Positions 17,797-31,300 of a DNA stretch of 64,000 nt are shown here, piece by piece. This DNA is from an uncultured Candidatus Saccharibacteria bacterium (GTDB lineage: Bacteria; Patescibacteriota; Minisyncoccia; Phycocordibacterales; UBA918). The notes beneath the pieces were generated by a model. The model was not told the DNA's origin. It did no database searches and saw only the letters and a list, made by a program, of their open reading frames with translations. The stretch's first letter is position 1, and every line of letters starts with the position of its first letter. The stretch spans positions 20,368 through 84,367 of the forward strand of contig CAZKFF010000004.1 of assembly GCA_964552045.1 (NCBI GenBank), read 5' to 3'. Both the position numbers and the translations under genes were made by a program.

Positions 17797-19314
17797 TTAT
17801 TGTCCTCTGATATTCTTGACCCAGCCGAATGTTGATTCAAAGTTCTCGAGGATGAGGTCAATGATGTTCTTTTCCTGGATCGGCGTGAATAAGACGAAGT
17901 TCTCTGACTGCACCTCATTGCCTGCCTCGTCCGCACAATTGAGCCAGAACTGATACACCGTCGCCGAGGCGAAGTCCACAATGACCTCAACATGGCGTTC
18001 GGAATAGCTTATGGTCTCAGGTTCTATGATGGTCGGCTCAACTCCCCCAGCCACACCCTCACGGTAAGTCATCGTACAGAATGCCGGCTCATCGGTCTTC
18101 CACTCAACAATGCTCTGCACGCGCGATTCTCCTCCCGGGAACAGCGTGGATTCATTGGTCACGTTGCTGATGATCGGCGGTGCCGTGTCTTTGACGGTGA
18201 TAAAGGTGATCGGCTGGCTCCTCACCCGGTCTCCGCCGCCGTTCTCTGCAATGACAAAGGCGACATACCGCGTACCGAGGGTAAGGTCGCTCAGCCGCAT
18301 CTGGTGCGTGGTGGCAAGCGTCGGCCGTCCTTTGGAGTTTTGTGCACCGGTAGTGAGGTCTTGGTATTCGATGAGTGCCTTGGAAGGCACGGTGGTGTCC
18401 CACGCGAGCGTGGCTGCATTCTCTTCGACCTTCACGATGCGAAGATTGCGGATCTCCGGAAGCGATGCCTTGGTCTTGAAGGTGTAATCACGGCTTTCGC
18501 CGGTGATGCCGAAGGAATCCGTTGAGACGACTTTGAAGTGGTATTCAGTGAACGATTCAAGTCCGATGATACGCACCTCATGGTCAGTGACGAGACCGTC
18601 GGTACTTGACTGGGAGTAGACGTAGCTTCCAGCGGTATATTCATCGGTCGGCGAGAAAAACACTGTTGAGTCTGACTCGCGGTCAGTGGTCCAGCGGACG
18701 ATCGCAGAGGTCGTTTCGGGAATGACGGTTGGAGGCCCGACAATAGTGAGGTCTTCGGTGATGCCCTGGATCGCCTTGACCACTTCATTGAGTATCTCCT
18801 GCAGCTGCTGCGGGTCGGTGATCTCCTGCACCTGCTGCTTTATCTCCTCGACAGTAGTCTCGCTTGACTGTCCTTCACCAGCCTGGGAACCCTGACCCTG
18901 ACCCTGCGCTTCCGCCTGGCCGGAACCCTCAGCACGCGGCGTGCCGGTTGTCTGCACTTTATAATCGGCGGAAATACCCTGGTTACCATCCTCATCTGCG
19001 GAAACAACGCGGAAATAGTACACGCGACCGGGATCGAGCTCGTCGAGTGTGATGCTGTGTACGGTCTTGTCGACCGCAGGGTCGCGGACGATGCCGTAGT
19101 CCTCCTGCAGACCGTAGTTGATGAGTGAATCCGATTCCTCATCGGTCTCCCAGGTGACCGTCACGGTTGTGTCAGAGACATCACCGATCTGGACATTGGA
19201 TATCTCTGGCGCATCAGTATCAGACTGGGCAAAAGCGGCCGGTACTGAGAGCAGCTGGAGCAAAAGCGCCAGGGAGAGAAGTAATGAGGAACTGCGCATG
19301 GTTCTGTTAATCAT
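17797..19314 (-). CDS. Secreted protein with three fibronectin type III-like domains, first gene of the ABC operon.
   Basis: 505 aa. Signal peptide (…LSVPAAFAQSD). FN3-like blocks such as ISNVQIGDVSDTTVTVTWETDEESDSLINYG...YYFRVVSADEDGN occur three times. Confidence 0.6.
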   Translation of the reverse strand: MINRTMRSSSLLLSLALLLQLLSVPAAFAQSDTDAPEISNVQIGDVSDTTVTVTWETDEESDSLINYGLQEDYGIVRDPAVDKTVHSITLDELDPGRVYYFRVVSADEDGNQGISADYKVQTTGTPRAEGSGQAEAQGQGQGSQAGEGQSSETTVEEIKQQVQEITDPQQLQEILNEVVKAIQGITEDLTIVGPPTVIPETTSAIVRWTTDRESDSTVFFSPTDEYTAGSYVYSQSSTDGLVTDHEVRIIGLESFTEYHFKVVSTDSFGITGESRDYTFKTKASLPEIRNLRIVKVEENAATLAWDTTVPSKALIEYQDLTTGAQNSKGRPTLATTHQMRLSDLTLGTRYVAFVIAENGGGDRVRSQPITFITVKDTAPPIISNVTNESTLFPGGESRVQSIVEWKTDEPAFCTMTYREGVAGGVEPTIIEPETISYSERHVEVIVDFASATVYQFWLNCADEAGNEVQSENFVLFTPIQEKNIIDLILENFESTFGWVKNIRGQ

Positions 19315-19322
19315 ACACTGTG

Positions 19323-22300
19323 TTAATCGCCTATTGCGTAGAAGATGTTAGTTCCCTGGTGCGGATTGCTTGCCACGCCGTACGGTATCTCGATGCCCCA
19401 GTAGACGACGTCAGTAACCGGGCTTGAGCTTGATGTCGGCTTAGTGAGATCAACCTCAAGGTCGGTAGCTGTGGTCGAGGATAGTGCGCTGCAAGATGTA
19501 CATGCAGTGTAGGTGAATGTCGAGGTTGCAAACAACTGTTCAGACGCGGGGATGAACGAGGATCCGCCGTCTGTGAGGTCGGTTCCCTCAAGTTCGATAT
19601 CGATCGGCACATTGCCGAGGTTCTGTACGGTCGTGGTCGGATTGTACGAACCGGTTGTCGAGGATACTGCAAGAGGCCCGTAATTGATCGCTGCGTCAAC
19701 ATCAAGCGCATGAAGTGTGAGGAGCTCGATCTGCGTAGTGGTCGGCGTTGAGCCGATGTCGATGCCTCCTCCCTGGTCGGAGACCTCGACCGCAGCAAGC
19801 CACTCTTCACCTTCATAGGCGCTGCCTGCGTCGGTTGCATCAGCATGGAAGTAGAAATCAGCGCTGCAGGAGATCGAACAGCTGTTTCCGGAACAGCCTG
19901 ACAGTTCACATAAAGGTGCAGCAGATACGTAACAGTTGTTATTGTCCGGCGTACATGCCGCACCCACGCCGCTGCGGTACATTGTTGCGGTTGCATGTGT
20001 GAGATCGTCAAAGCCGTTGAGGTCGGTTACCGTACCCGTGGTATATACCGTTGTGGTCGATCCCGGCACGAGAGCGATGGCGGCACCCCCATTGAGCGAC
20101 ACATTCGTGACGATCGGATCGAATCGGAGTTCGAGCTCTGCAACGCTCAGATATGTATCAAGCGGATCGCTTGCATCAGTCACCCGCAGACAGTATGAAG
20201 GCGCTGAGGCATTGATGGTCGGCGTGAGGGCATATTCCAGTTCGGTATATTCGTCCTGGTCAATGGTGAGTGCAGCAGTGGTGTTTGACGGATCTTCAAC
20301 GACCTTACCGGAAGTGAACTGTCCATCTACCTCAAAGAGGAGATCAGTGGTAGCTCCATTGTCGGTGAGATGGCTCGATGCCTGCATACACAAAGGCGAA
20401 CTGCCGCACGAGCTCTGTGGAGGCACAATCGCATAGCTTGCGCTGCTGACCGCCTCACAACTCGGTGCTGCGCCTTTTGTCGCATATTCAATGTCGAATG
20501 TCTGGCCGGTGATCTGCAGTCCGGAATTCTCGACAGCCACACGCAATCGGGCAATATCCCCGTGCGTGTAGGCATATGATTCGTCGAGGTCAGCAGCCCA
20601 GCTTGCTCCCCCGCTCACCTGTTTGTCGCCGAAGTAGACTGTCGGTTCGGTATCGACGTGCGGCCGCGCACTATAATTGTCCCATCCACCGTTCTGGAAC
20701 CAGAAGGTGAAGCCGATGCCGCCCGAGGTGTATGTATTGTCGCTTGCGGATGCCGTCGCTGCCGTAGCTCCATCTTTTGAGAGCGTCACATCCATGTCCC
20801 CGCCAGTCTGCCAGTCGATCTCAACCTCGTACCATCCCGAACCTAAGGTCGGGAAGTCAACCGTACTTGAGGCAAGAACGGTTCCCGACGAATCAGTGTT
20901 CTGTGCGTTCTCCACGATCGACATGCGATCGACGCCGAACTGTTCAAGACAGATGGCGTAGTTCTGATTGCTGGTTACGGGCGATTGCACACCGAAGAGT
21001 GTACAGACCTCATCGCCGTTGCCTGCGTCGGTATCTACATACTGCATATACCGGATGATCTGTCCCTGGCTCACCGTAAGTCCAGTGTCCGCAATACCGT
21101 CAGTGGCTTTATCGCTCTCATGTGCGGTCGCATCAAGTCCGAACGAGCCGCCATAGGCAAAGCTGCTGCCGACATTAAATAGGCTTGTATCGCCGCTGTA
21201 CTCGGTTATGTTTCCGTCCTCGAAGTCGTCTGCGGCGATGAATGCGTCTGCACTCGAGCTTGTGGACGAAGCAGTTGCATTGTCGAAGTACATGTAAAGC
21301 GTTGTTATATCTTCAGCAGCAAGGCTCGGCACCTGCACCCATATGTCCGCGTCGGCACTTGCGGTGTACCGCTCAATGAAGTGCGGGATGGTGGTTGTTC
21401 CGCTTGCATCAGTGAAGCGGAGATCATCAAAGTCTCCCTGCATCGCGGCATCATAGGCAACAGACAATTTGACTGCTGCATCGGTATAGGTTGCTGCGTC
21501 AGGATTCTCCAACCGGACCCGCTTGCGCGCACCCCATGATGCATTGAACCACTCGCTGTCCGGCACATCGACGCCGCCGTCATCGTGGCGCCAGCGGTAG
21601 TGCGTCTGCTGGGTGAGGAGACACGAACTGTCGTTCCATCTGATGGAACCGCAGGCGGTCGCGCCATCATCATCGTAATCCTCACCGGCAAGATTACCCG
21701 TGTGGCTGACGAACGCCCAGGCATTGGTCGTCGTGCCGATGAGCGTGACGTTCGTACCCGTGATCGCCGTGGTCGTTGCAAAACGGTTTCCAGAAATGAC
21801 CTTCGACGCATTCGCATCAAGGGTCGCGGATGACAGCGTGATAAGGCTTCCGCCGCTGACTGCAAGTTCAAAGTCTCCCTGCGACAACGAAGTAATGAAC
21901 GGTGTGCCGGAGAACAGCAGCCCTTCGGCATTGAGATCCCGGTACCGATAATAGAGTGCGTTGAATGTGCCGTCAGACACCGCGAACGCATAGGTACCGC
22001 TTCCCTGGTTCTGGACGGTTGTGCTGTTGCCGGAAGCGCCGATCATGTAAAGCGTGCCCCCATCCACGGTTGTGGTTGCATTGCCGGCAATAGAGACTGT
22101 CACTGCCCGCTCGATACCCGCCAGACTGGCGCCGTCAAAGTCGGTGGCATAACTCCAGTATTCAGTTGTCGTGCTGACATGGAAATCGCCGTATATGGTG
22201 AGCGCTCCGTCACTTCCTCCATGATCCTGCGAATACAGCGAAGCTGACGGTTGCACTGTAGTCGTATCCGCGCTTGAGTTCCATACGCGGATATCAGTAT

Positions 22301-25300
22301 CGTCACCCACGATCAACGTCCCGTACTGATCTCCGTCAGAAAGTTTCGTATTTATCGAATAGCCTGCCCCCGCATCAAGGATGAGTGTCGCTCCGCTCCA
22401 GGTAGTTGCACCGCCGCCGACATTGTTCGTAAAGACATTACCGACATAAAGACGGGTGCCGCTCTGCTGCGTGAACGATGACGCCAGTGACAGTGAGAAG
22501 TTGTGCGTAGCGGTCGCATTGCCAGTTATGGCCCATCCGCCGCCGGCGTTTGCCAGAACTACATTGTAGAAATTGCTGTTGCCCGGATCTATGGTCTCGC
22601 CGGCATCAGCTGAATTGAAGAGCACCGTGCCGGTCGCACTGTCGAACAATCCGCCTGACGCATCGAATGAGCCTCCGATCGCAAGCGTGCTCGAAGCGAA
22701 CAGAACTGATCCCTGCGCGATACGCAGATCGTCGAGAAGCGAGAGGCTCTCATCCTCCATAGTAAATGTGCCGGCGCCGCTGAATATGACTGCATACAGA
22801 TCAGAACTCGAAGCAAGCAGGGATGCGCCGGTGTCATTGGTGAAATACAGGTCTGCAGTATTGTGGACGATATCCCCTCCGGTATTTCTGAAGTCGCCAC
22901 CGACAGCGAACGCGCCTGACGGCAGCGTGAGCGTTCCCGCCTGGACCGTGACCGATCCGGTTGTGGTCGCATTGGCGTCAGTCATGGTCCATGCGCCGCC
23001 CACCCCGTTGAAGATGAGCTCCTCAAGATTCGAACCGCCGGCGCGGAGAATATTGCCGGTTGTTGCCGCGTCGAACACAAGCGTGCTGCCGTTGATCACA
23101 AATGAACCACCGTTGTTGCTGAACGAACCGCTCACGGTGGTTGTGCCGGTCGGGAACGTAAGCACGCCGTCTGTAATGAAGATGTTCTGTACATCGAACG
23201 TGGCATCGGTTATGCTCCAGCTGCCGCTTCCGCTGAAGACCGTGTTGTAGAACGATTCACTATTGGCGTCAATTGTGCGCGCAGCACCAGTTGTCGTGAA
23301 CGTTGTTGTCGACAAACCGGCATCGAAGGAGGCATTACTGCCGAGGATGAACGAACCGCCGATGCTGTGCTCCTGCGCTCCAGAGAAGCTGACTATTGCA
23401 TTGGCATAGGCTTCGAATGTCCCGTCGTATGCAGCGCCTGCGCCGCCTCCCTGAAGGGTAATATTCCCGTCAGGTTCGAATTCCTTTCCGCTCCACACGA
23501 TGAGCTTTCTGTTCGCAGGCAGCACAAGCGTATCAGGAGAACCGTCAATGGCCGTAAATGGGATATCAGCATCATCTGAAGAATCCCACACTGCCATGTC
23601 GGCAATGTTCAGCGGATCAGTGCCCTCGTGACGTACGATCACGCGGTTCTCATATATATGCATATTGCCGATGTTCGAGACCGGATCCTCAGTGACCGTC
23701 GCACCCTTCTGTGTTTCACCATCAATGTACGCGACAATGGAATCACCAGGACTATATGTGACCCCGCTGACGCTGTACGCGCCTGTTGTTGCATTACAGC
23801 TTGCAGCGTATGACGTCAGTCCGGCAACGCGTACGGTGATATTGTTTGTTGTTCCATCGCAGACTCCTGATACGGTCGTTCCCTCGTCACTGTACACATT
23901 TCCCGCGATCGTAATATTCGCCGCACTGTTATCCCATACGATATAACCGGGGTCACCGTCCGGGTCAACGTCATGCTCTTCGCCGTCGAGCGAGCCGGTA
24001 TGGTTCGTGAATCGCCACGAGCTCACCGACGTGCCGGTTGCGGTGACATTGAACGCGCTGATGCCGGTGGTGGTACTGAAGTTGTTGTTGGTGAACGTCT
24101 GCGCCGGATTGATATCAATGACCGTTCCCCCTACAGTGATACCACTGCCTCCTGCTTGTGCAATCTCGAAATCTCCGTGAGAAAGTGTCACCACGTGCGG
24201 TGCGCCGCTGAATGTAAGGCCTGCGCTGTTGATATCCTCTACGGCATAGTAACTCCAGGAGGTTGAGGCACTTCCTCCGATCAGAAGACTGTACGTTCCG
24301 CTTCCCTGGTTCTCGATGGACGTCGACGCTGAAGCGCTGCCGAGCACCTGCAACCCGCCGGAGAGAAGGTTCATACCTGCACCGCTTTCGAACCGCACAT
24401 GCGCCTGGCGCTCTGTTCCTCCACCGAGCACTGCACCGTCGAAGTCTGTCGCGTAGCTCCAGTGGTCAGTGCCGCCGTTGCCGCCGTAATTTCCATATAT
24501 AAAGAGGTCGCCGTCTACTCCTGCGTGATCCTGTGAATACAGCGATCCTGACGCATCGACAACGTACGCAGAAGCAGAGGAATTCCACATACGAATGTCG
24601 GTATTCGTCCCTACAGCGAAGTTCTCATACGTATCGCTGATGGTCTTTGCATTTATTTCATAATTGGTACCGCTTACAAAGCGGAGCGTGCTTCCTGTCC
24701 AGGTGGTTGCCGCTCCGCCGAGCGCATTGGTGAATGAGCCGCCGAGGGCAAGACTCTGTCCGCTTGCAAGCGTGAACGCTCCCGTGCTTGAAGCAAGCAT
24801 GAAGGCTCCTGTTGTTGTTGCATGTTCGCTTATAGTGAAGTTGCCGCCGCCATTGACGGTGAGGTTGCCGAAAGGAGAAGTTCCCGCAGCGATGTTTATT
24901 GCTCCTGAGCCGTTGAATGTCACTGTTCCATTGCTGCTCGTGTACGTACCGTCATTGTCCCAGCTGCCTGCAACAGTGAACAAACCGGAATTGCTGCCGA
25001 TGAGCGTACCGTTGCTGCGGATGACAACGTCTCCATTGACGCCAAGCGCAGTGTCATGAGTGTCAAAAGTTGCCGCGGTAGCGCTCTCTCCACCAACGGT
25101 AAGGTCATGGAGCACCAGAATACCCAGCCCGGTTGCGGTATAGGTCGGCGCACCCGCACCCGCATTGAGATCAAGATCGTAATACGTTGTGGAAAGGAGA
25201 TTGGTCGCGCTGCCCCCACTGTACCGCACAGTACTCTGGTCCTCGAGGAAGGTACCGTTCTCAACAAAGACCGTGCCGGTTCCCGACAGGTCGAAGCGTG

Positions 25301-28300
25301 AAGCTCCGGCATCGAGATAGTGCCCCACAGCGATGAAAAGCGTTCCGCCTATGGTTGTGGTGGCTGTACCCGCTGGCGTGGTGGTGCCAATTGTTGTTCC
25401 ATTGCCGAGCTGGAGGTTATACAGGGTCCATCCCTGCGATCCGCCGAGCGTATTCGACTGTTCGAGCGTGGTCGTGCCGCCCCCAAGCGAGACCAGCCCT
25501 TCGCCGAAGAACGAACCATTCGGTATGGATATGTCACCGGTGCCGGTTACCGTACCGGTCGCTACCTCGATGTCGTCAAGGGCTGCGATATCGCCGTTGA
25601 TGTTCCAGCCGCCGCCGATTCCGCTGAAGCGGAGCTGATTGAATGTTGCTGTCTCGCCCAAAGCGACATCGATCGCCTTGCCGGTTGTGGTTGCCGACAT
25701 GAGGACGCTCGAGGAGGCTGCACTGAATACTGCTCCGGCACTTTGCGTAAATGTGCCGCCGATGGTGTATGTGGTCGTGCCGTTGCCGATGAATGAAGCA
25801 CCGTTTGCAAGATAGAGCGATCCGTCATAGTCAGTGCCAGTTCCGCCGCTTTGGAGCGTCACAGTACCCCCGGGAGTGAATGTTGTTGAGGCCCATACGA
25901 AGAGCGCATTGTCCGGTGCAACAGTGAGGAGCGGTTCAGTTCCTGTCGCCACAGTGAAGATAATATCGCTGTCGAACGTGCTGTCGTGCACCATGTCAGC
26001 GATGGTCATAGACGCAGTATCCTCGTGCCGCGTGATAACGCGATGTGCATAGAGATCAAGGTCACCAATGTCCTCTGTAGGGGTCTTCGTCACCGTCACT
26101 GCCGTTTCTCCGCCCGATGCTCCATTGAGGAACACCGTGACCGTCGGATCGCCGACGATCGCCACTCCGCTCATACTCCACGAACCGTCAACATTGCTGC
26201 ACGAGGTGTCATAGGTGGATCCATCCTCAACTACGATGCGGACAGGCGTTGACACTCCATCGCACGTGCCACCGGTAAGCGGAGTGGCGCCATTGTCTGC
26301 ATATACCGTTCCTGAGAGCGTGAGCGCAACCGAACTGTCATCCCACCGGATCGAACCTGGATCACCGGTGTCATCATCGAATGCTTCACCGTCAAAATCT
26401 CCGGATGTCTGCCTGAACCACCAGTATGATGTCGGCGAGCCGCTTGCAGAAACGTTGTATGGTATGAACGCATTTACAGACTCTTCACTTCCCCATGTTC
26501 CGTGTGAAGGTTCTGTTGCAACGATCTTTCGTATGAGCGCGAAATCCCAGTCGTTTGAAACAGTTTCCGAAAGACCACCTGTATTGAGTGCGAAATATCC
26601 TGTACGTCCGGTGCGCGCCCACGAATTCCACGTTCCATCGTCAAACCGGCCCAAGACAGATGTGCCATCATGATAGATCTCTTCGGTATACCATGTGCCT
26701 AGAGTCCACGGTTCAGAATGTGTCGGTCCCCATGCGACAAGGTCGTCGAGGAATGCCCGCGGAGTGAAACTTGAGAAGTTATGGAGAAGATAGTTATACC
26801 CCTGCCCGTTTGCTGTACTTGTTTTGATGCTCAAGCCTACACGCTGATCGTTGTTCGCACCGACTCTTGGGCGGAAACGTGCCCGGAACGCAAGGTTATT
26901 CCCTGTCTCGCCGGAACCTCCTTCAGACGCAATGATCTTTGCAGGATCTTTGGCAGTTGTCGTGGCAGTCAGTATGCCATTCGATTGAGAGTAACTGTCA
27001 ATGTTGAATGTCTGCCACTTGCTCGTGTCGAGTGAAGCACCCGAAAAGTCATCAAAGAACGTAAATGTCGCCTCACCGTCACTTTGGCTGCTTGCACTGT
27101 TGTTGCCATAGTACACATAAATGGTCGCATCAGAGCTCGAAAGATCTGCCGATACGTTAACCCACACAACAGCCTGATCGCCGTCGGTCTGGCTTTCAAT
27201 CCAATACGGAAGCAGCGTCTGTCCATCATCGGAAGTGAACCGCAGATCGCTGAAATCAGCACTGCCCTTGCTGCCAAGATACACATCATCACCGCTGTCT
27301 GTGCCAGAACCATAGTGTATGGTCATCATGATCGGGTAATCAGTTCCTGCTCCGCTTGCGCTCTGTACAACATGGCTTTTACGGTAATCCCAAGGGTCAA
27401 GCCAAGGAGATGACGAAGCTGCTGAACCGAAACGCACATTGAGTATCTGCAGTGCAGGATTAGCATCAATAACGCTCGCCGCAACACTTATAGAGCTTGC
27501 CGGCACAGTGAGATCAAAGTCACCATTTGCCAGAGAAGTGATCGAAGGAGTCCCCAAAAAGGCAAAGCCCGAAGCATCCGTATTCCGAACCTGATAATGA
27601 TCCGCATTGACTGTGCCTCCGGAAACGGTCAGTGCATAGGAGCCGCTTCCCTGGTTGTGTATGGTGGTTGTCGCGCTTGCTGTGCCGAGTATGTTAAGTG
27701 AGCCTCCACTGAACGTCGCACTTGAACCCGCTGCAAAAGCAATATCCGCCTGGCGTTCAGACCCCCCAGCGAGTGATGTTCCGTCGAAATCAGTGGCATA
27801 GCTCCAATGCTCAGTACCGGATGCCCGTTCATACGATCCCCAAATGTAAAGATCGCCATCAACGCCGCTATGGTCCTGCGAATACAGTGATCCGTCAACC
27901 GTATAGGCCGTTGATGAAGAGTTCCACATGCTCACGTGAGTTGTTGAAGCCACACGGAGAGTGCCATAGCCATCAGCACCTGCAGTTTTTGTATTGAGCG
28001 CAAAACTTCCGCCGCCAAGCGCGAGTGTGCTTCCCGTCCAGGTGGTCGCGCTTCCTCCTGCACTATTAGTGAACGTACCGCTAACAGAGAGCGTCTGGCC
28101 CGAAGCAAGTGTGAATACTCCCGCCGATGCGAGTGTAAAATCGTTCGTCGTGGTGGCGTTGCCGTTGATGCTCCAGCCGCCTGTGCCGCTATTGAATGTC
28201 ACGTTGTAGAGCGGAGATGACCCGAGCACAATGGTTTCGCCAGCATCATTCGAATTGAAGAGGACCGTGCCGCTGTTATGCACAAGCGTTGCGCTGTTGG

Positions 28301-31300
28301 AGAGCGAACCCCCCAGGGTCAAAGTACCGCTCGGCAGAGTGACCGTACCCGCAGTTACCGTGAGACTGCCCTGCGCTGTCACCGATGCGTCGACAAACGA
28401 CCAGCTGCCGCTTCCCGTAAAGGCAAGACTGTTGAATGGAGCATTCGTATCAATGGAATGAGTGCCGCTCCCGGTAAGGCGGACCGTACCGTTATTGTGA
28501 GCGAACGTACCGCCGGTATTGAGGAAAGAACCGCCGACTGCAAGAGAAGCGCTCGGCAGCGTCACCGTCCCCTGCACAATGCGGAACTCGTTTGATGTCG
28601 TGGCATGAGCTTCAGTGAACGACCATGAACCGCTCCCCTGGAATCGGACGTCGTACAGCGCATTGGTGAAGGTACCCCCATTGAACGTCAGCGTTTCGGC
28701 GGTGCTCGAATTAAAGAGTACCGATCCGTTATTATGCGCAAAGCTTCCCCCTGAGTTGGTGAATGAGCCGGCAATCGTCGTTGTACCGGTCGGGAACGTG
28801 ACCGTACCTGTTGCTATAGAAAGGTCGTTGTTGATGCCGAGTGTACTTTCGGTGAACGACCATGAACCGCCAGAACCGTTGAAGATAAGGTTATAGAAAT
28901 TATCGCCGCCTGCGGTGACGATCTGTCCGGGCTGCGTGCCTGAAAACGTTACATCACCGTTGCGCGGATTGAAGGTGTTGTTGTTGACCCAGTTACCATA
29001 CACCACAATATCGCGGTTGGATGTCGAAAGATCGAATGTGTCATCGCTACCAATGGTTACAGAAGACGCTTCAACATTACTTCCGAGCTGTACCACCTTA
29101 CTGACGCCATTGACAACCGCATAGCCGATATTCTGTTTTGGCGTGCTGTTGTCACTCCATGTTGCGATGCCAGTGCCGTCAAAAGTGGTCGTTCCAACAC
29201 CTGTCCAGAGACCGTTCGCCTGTGTGGTCACATTGCCCGCGACAGTGATCGTTTCGCTTCCGCGCGCAAGCGTGCCGTATGCGACAGTGAGCGCATTATC
29301 AACGTCAAGGCTGTCTGCGATCTCCCATTCTGATGTACCGCTTCCCTCACCAAACGTAACAGTGTAGAAATCGAGCGTACCGTCAGCGTCAGTAAGCGTG
29401 TACGGCAATCCGGAAGTGGAAGACGCAAAGGATTCACTGGCGCTTACCGCATAGAATGTACCCGGACTTGAGATGTTGCGGTACTCCGCATCAAGCCAGT
29501 CAGCGGTACGTGAGACGCTCGAAAGTCGCACCTCATCCATTGTACCGTCGAACGAACGCGCAACCCCGAAGGAATCCCATCCGAAGTCAAGATTGTTGAT
29601 GGTCGAGAGCGTATGCGTCTGGACATTGCTGCCTGAGGTCACTCCGCCTTGTGCATGTGCATACAACGTCGCCTGCGTCGGTTCGACCACGAGCGATGCC
29701 ATGTACCATTCATTGGTTGGATAGACCGCGCCTCCGGCAAAGTCCCACGCCGTCGCCGCAAGGTTCTCCCAGTGGTAGCCGATGCGGCTGGTATCCGTAC
29801 ACGCACCCGCGTTCATACCGTTCACACCGGTGCCGCGGGAGAACATGACGCCATCGCAGGCACCCTGCGTGCCGTCGGCGTCAAGGAAGATCGACCAGGT
29901 CGAATTCAAAAGCGACTGGCTGAAATTGGTCTCAATGCGTTCATCAACTCCGTCAACCTCGGCTGCGCCTCCTGCGATGCCGGCAACCCGGTCGCCTGCT
30001 TCCATGTTCACTGCCGTACCAGATGAATTGCCGGTACTATCGGCATATTGCGGCGCGCTGGCGCTCGGGCTCTCATCGAAGTGATAGACCGCCTCATAGT
30101 CGTTGTTCCATACATTCTCTGAGCCGTTGGTGGCATTGGAAGCATAATCGCTTGCACTGCTGTTGCCGTAATAGATATAAAATGTGGTGTCGCCTGCAGA
30201 AGAAAGGCTGTCGGCCTGGAAGTATATCTCGCCGGTCTGCGCGCCGGTATCAATGGACACGATCTCGCGCGGCAGTTCGGTCTGTCCATCTGCGGTAGTA
30301 ATGCGTATGTCTCCCCCGTTGGTATTGACATTACTAAAGAACGTGCTGTCGAGGTCAGACAGATCAACGTACACAGGAAAATCGGTCACCGATGTATCTA
30401 TCTGCGAGGACTGTATTGTCAGCGGCAGGCGGTGCGACCATTGTGCATCATACCAGGGGACCGAACTCTGCGTGCTCGTTGCGGTAAAGATGACCGTCGA
30501 TGTAGCCATATTCGTGGTTGCATTGTTCTCCCACGAACCACCCACACGCAGTGTGTTGCCGTTGGCCGAAACTGTTCCGTTGTTCTCAAAACTGAAGGTA
30601 GTTGCATTGCCACCGGTGCCAGGCTGGTAGGTATTGCCTGCCTTGATATACAGCTCAGTTTCGGCGCATCCGGAAGAGGCGCAGACGCTGAGGTCGTTGC
30701 TCGCATTCACGTCGAAGAAGAGGTCTTCGTCATTGGTAAGGTCATAGAGACCCAGAGATGCGTTACTCACCGTTGCTGCGTCATCCGAGCCAACAACCAG
30801 ATGTCCGGCATACAGATCGAGGCCGCTCATATTGCCGACCCCGTCATACGCGGTTACCGCAACCGCTTCCGAGCTGTCGGATGCGCCGTCAATGAAGACT
30901 GTGACAACATCACCCTGTGCGACATTCACATTGGCGATGGACCACGTTCCATTCGATATCGTTCCCGTTTTCCCTGTTTGGAGGACGCCATTAACGGCGA
31001 TCGCAACATTTCCTGAAGCGACATTGGTCGCTTCATCGTACTGCAGCGCGGTTCCCGACACGGTGATCCCCGCAGCCCAGGTGATGGTCCAGTCTGAGAA
31101 TACCGGACAGGTGCCGATATTGCAGATGAGGTTCGCTACCGGCCGGATCTGGCCGTATGTGGATGCCGGCAGCACACCGGAGAGATCGATCGGACCGGTG
31201 CTTGTCCCGCTGGAATTGCCCGGGAGGAGCGAATCAGGGACAAGCTCCCATGAATCGCCGTCGTAGTATTCGATCTGGTAGAGAATATCAGAGCCATCAA

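Noticed and set aside
17775-17804. Perfect 11-bp stem hairpin (acaataagcgc-tgcgggg-gcgcttattgt) considered as a terminator.
   Set aside because: It spans the stop codon of the FN3 gene, lies inside the operon upstream of the cotranscribed ATPase, and has no T-run. It is more likely an mRNA structural element or coincidence than a terminator.
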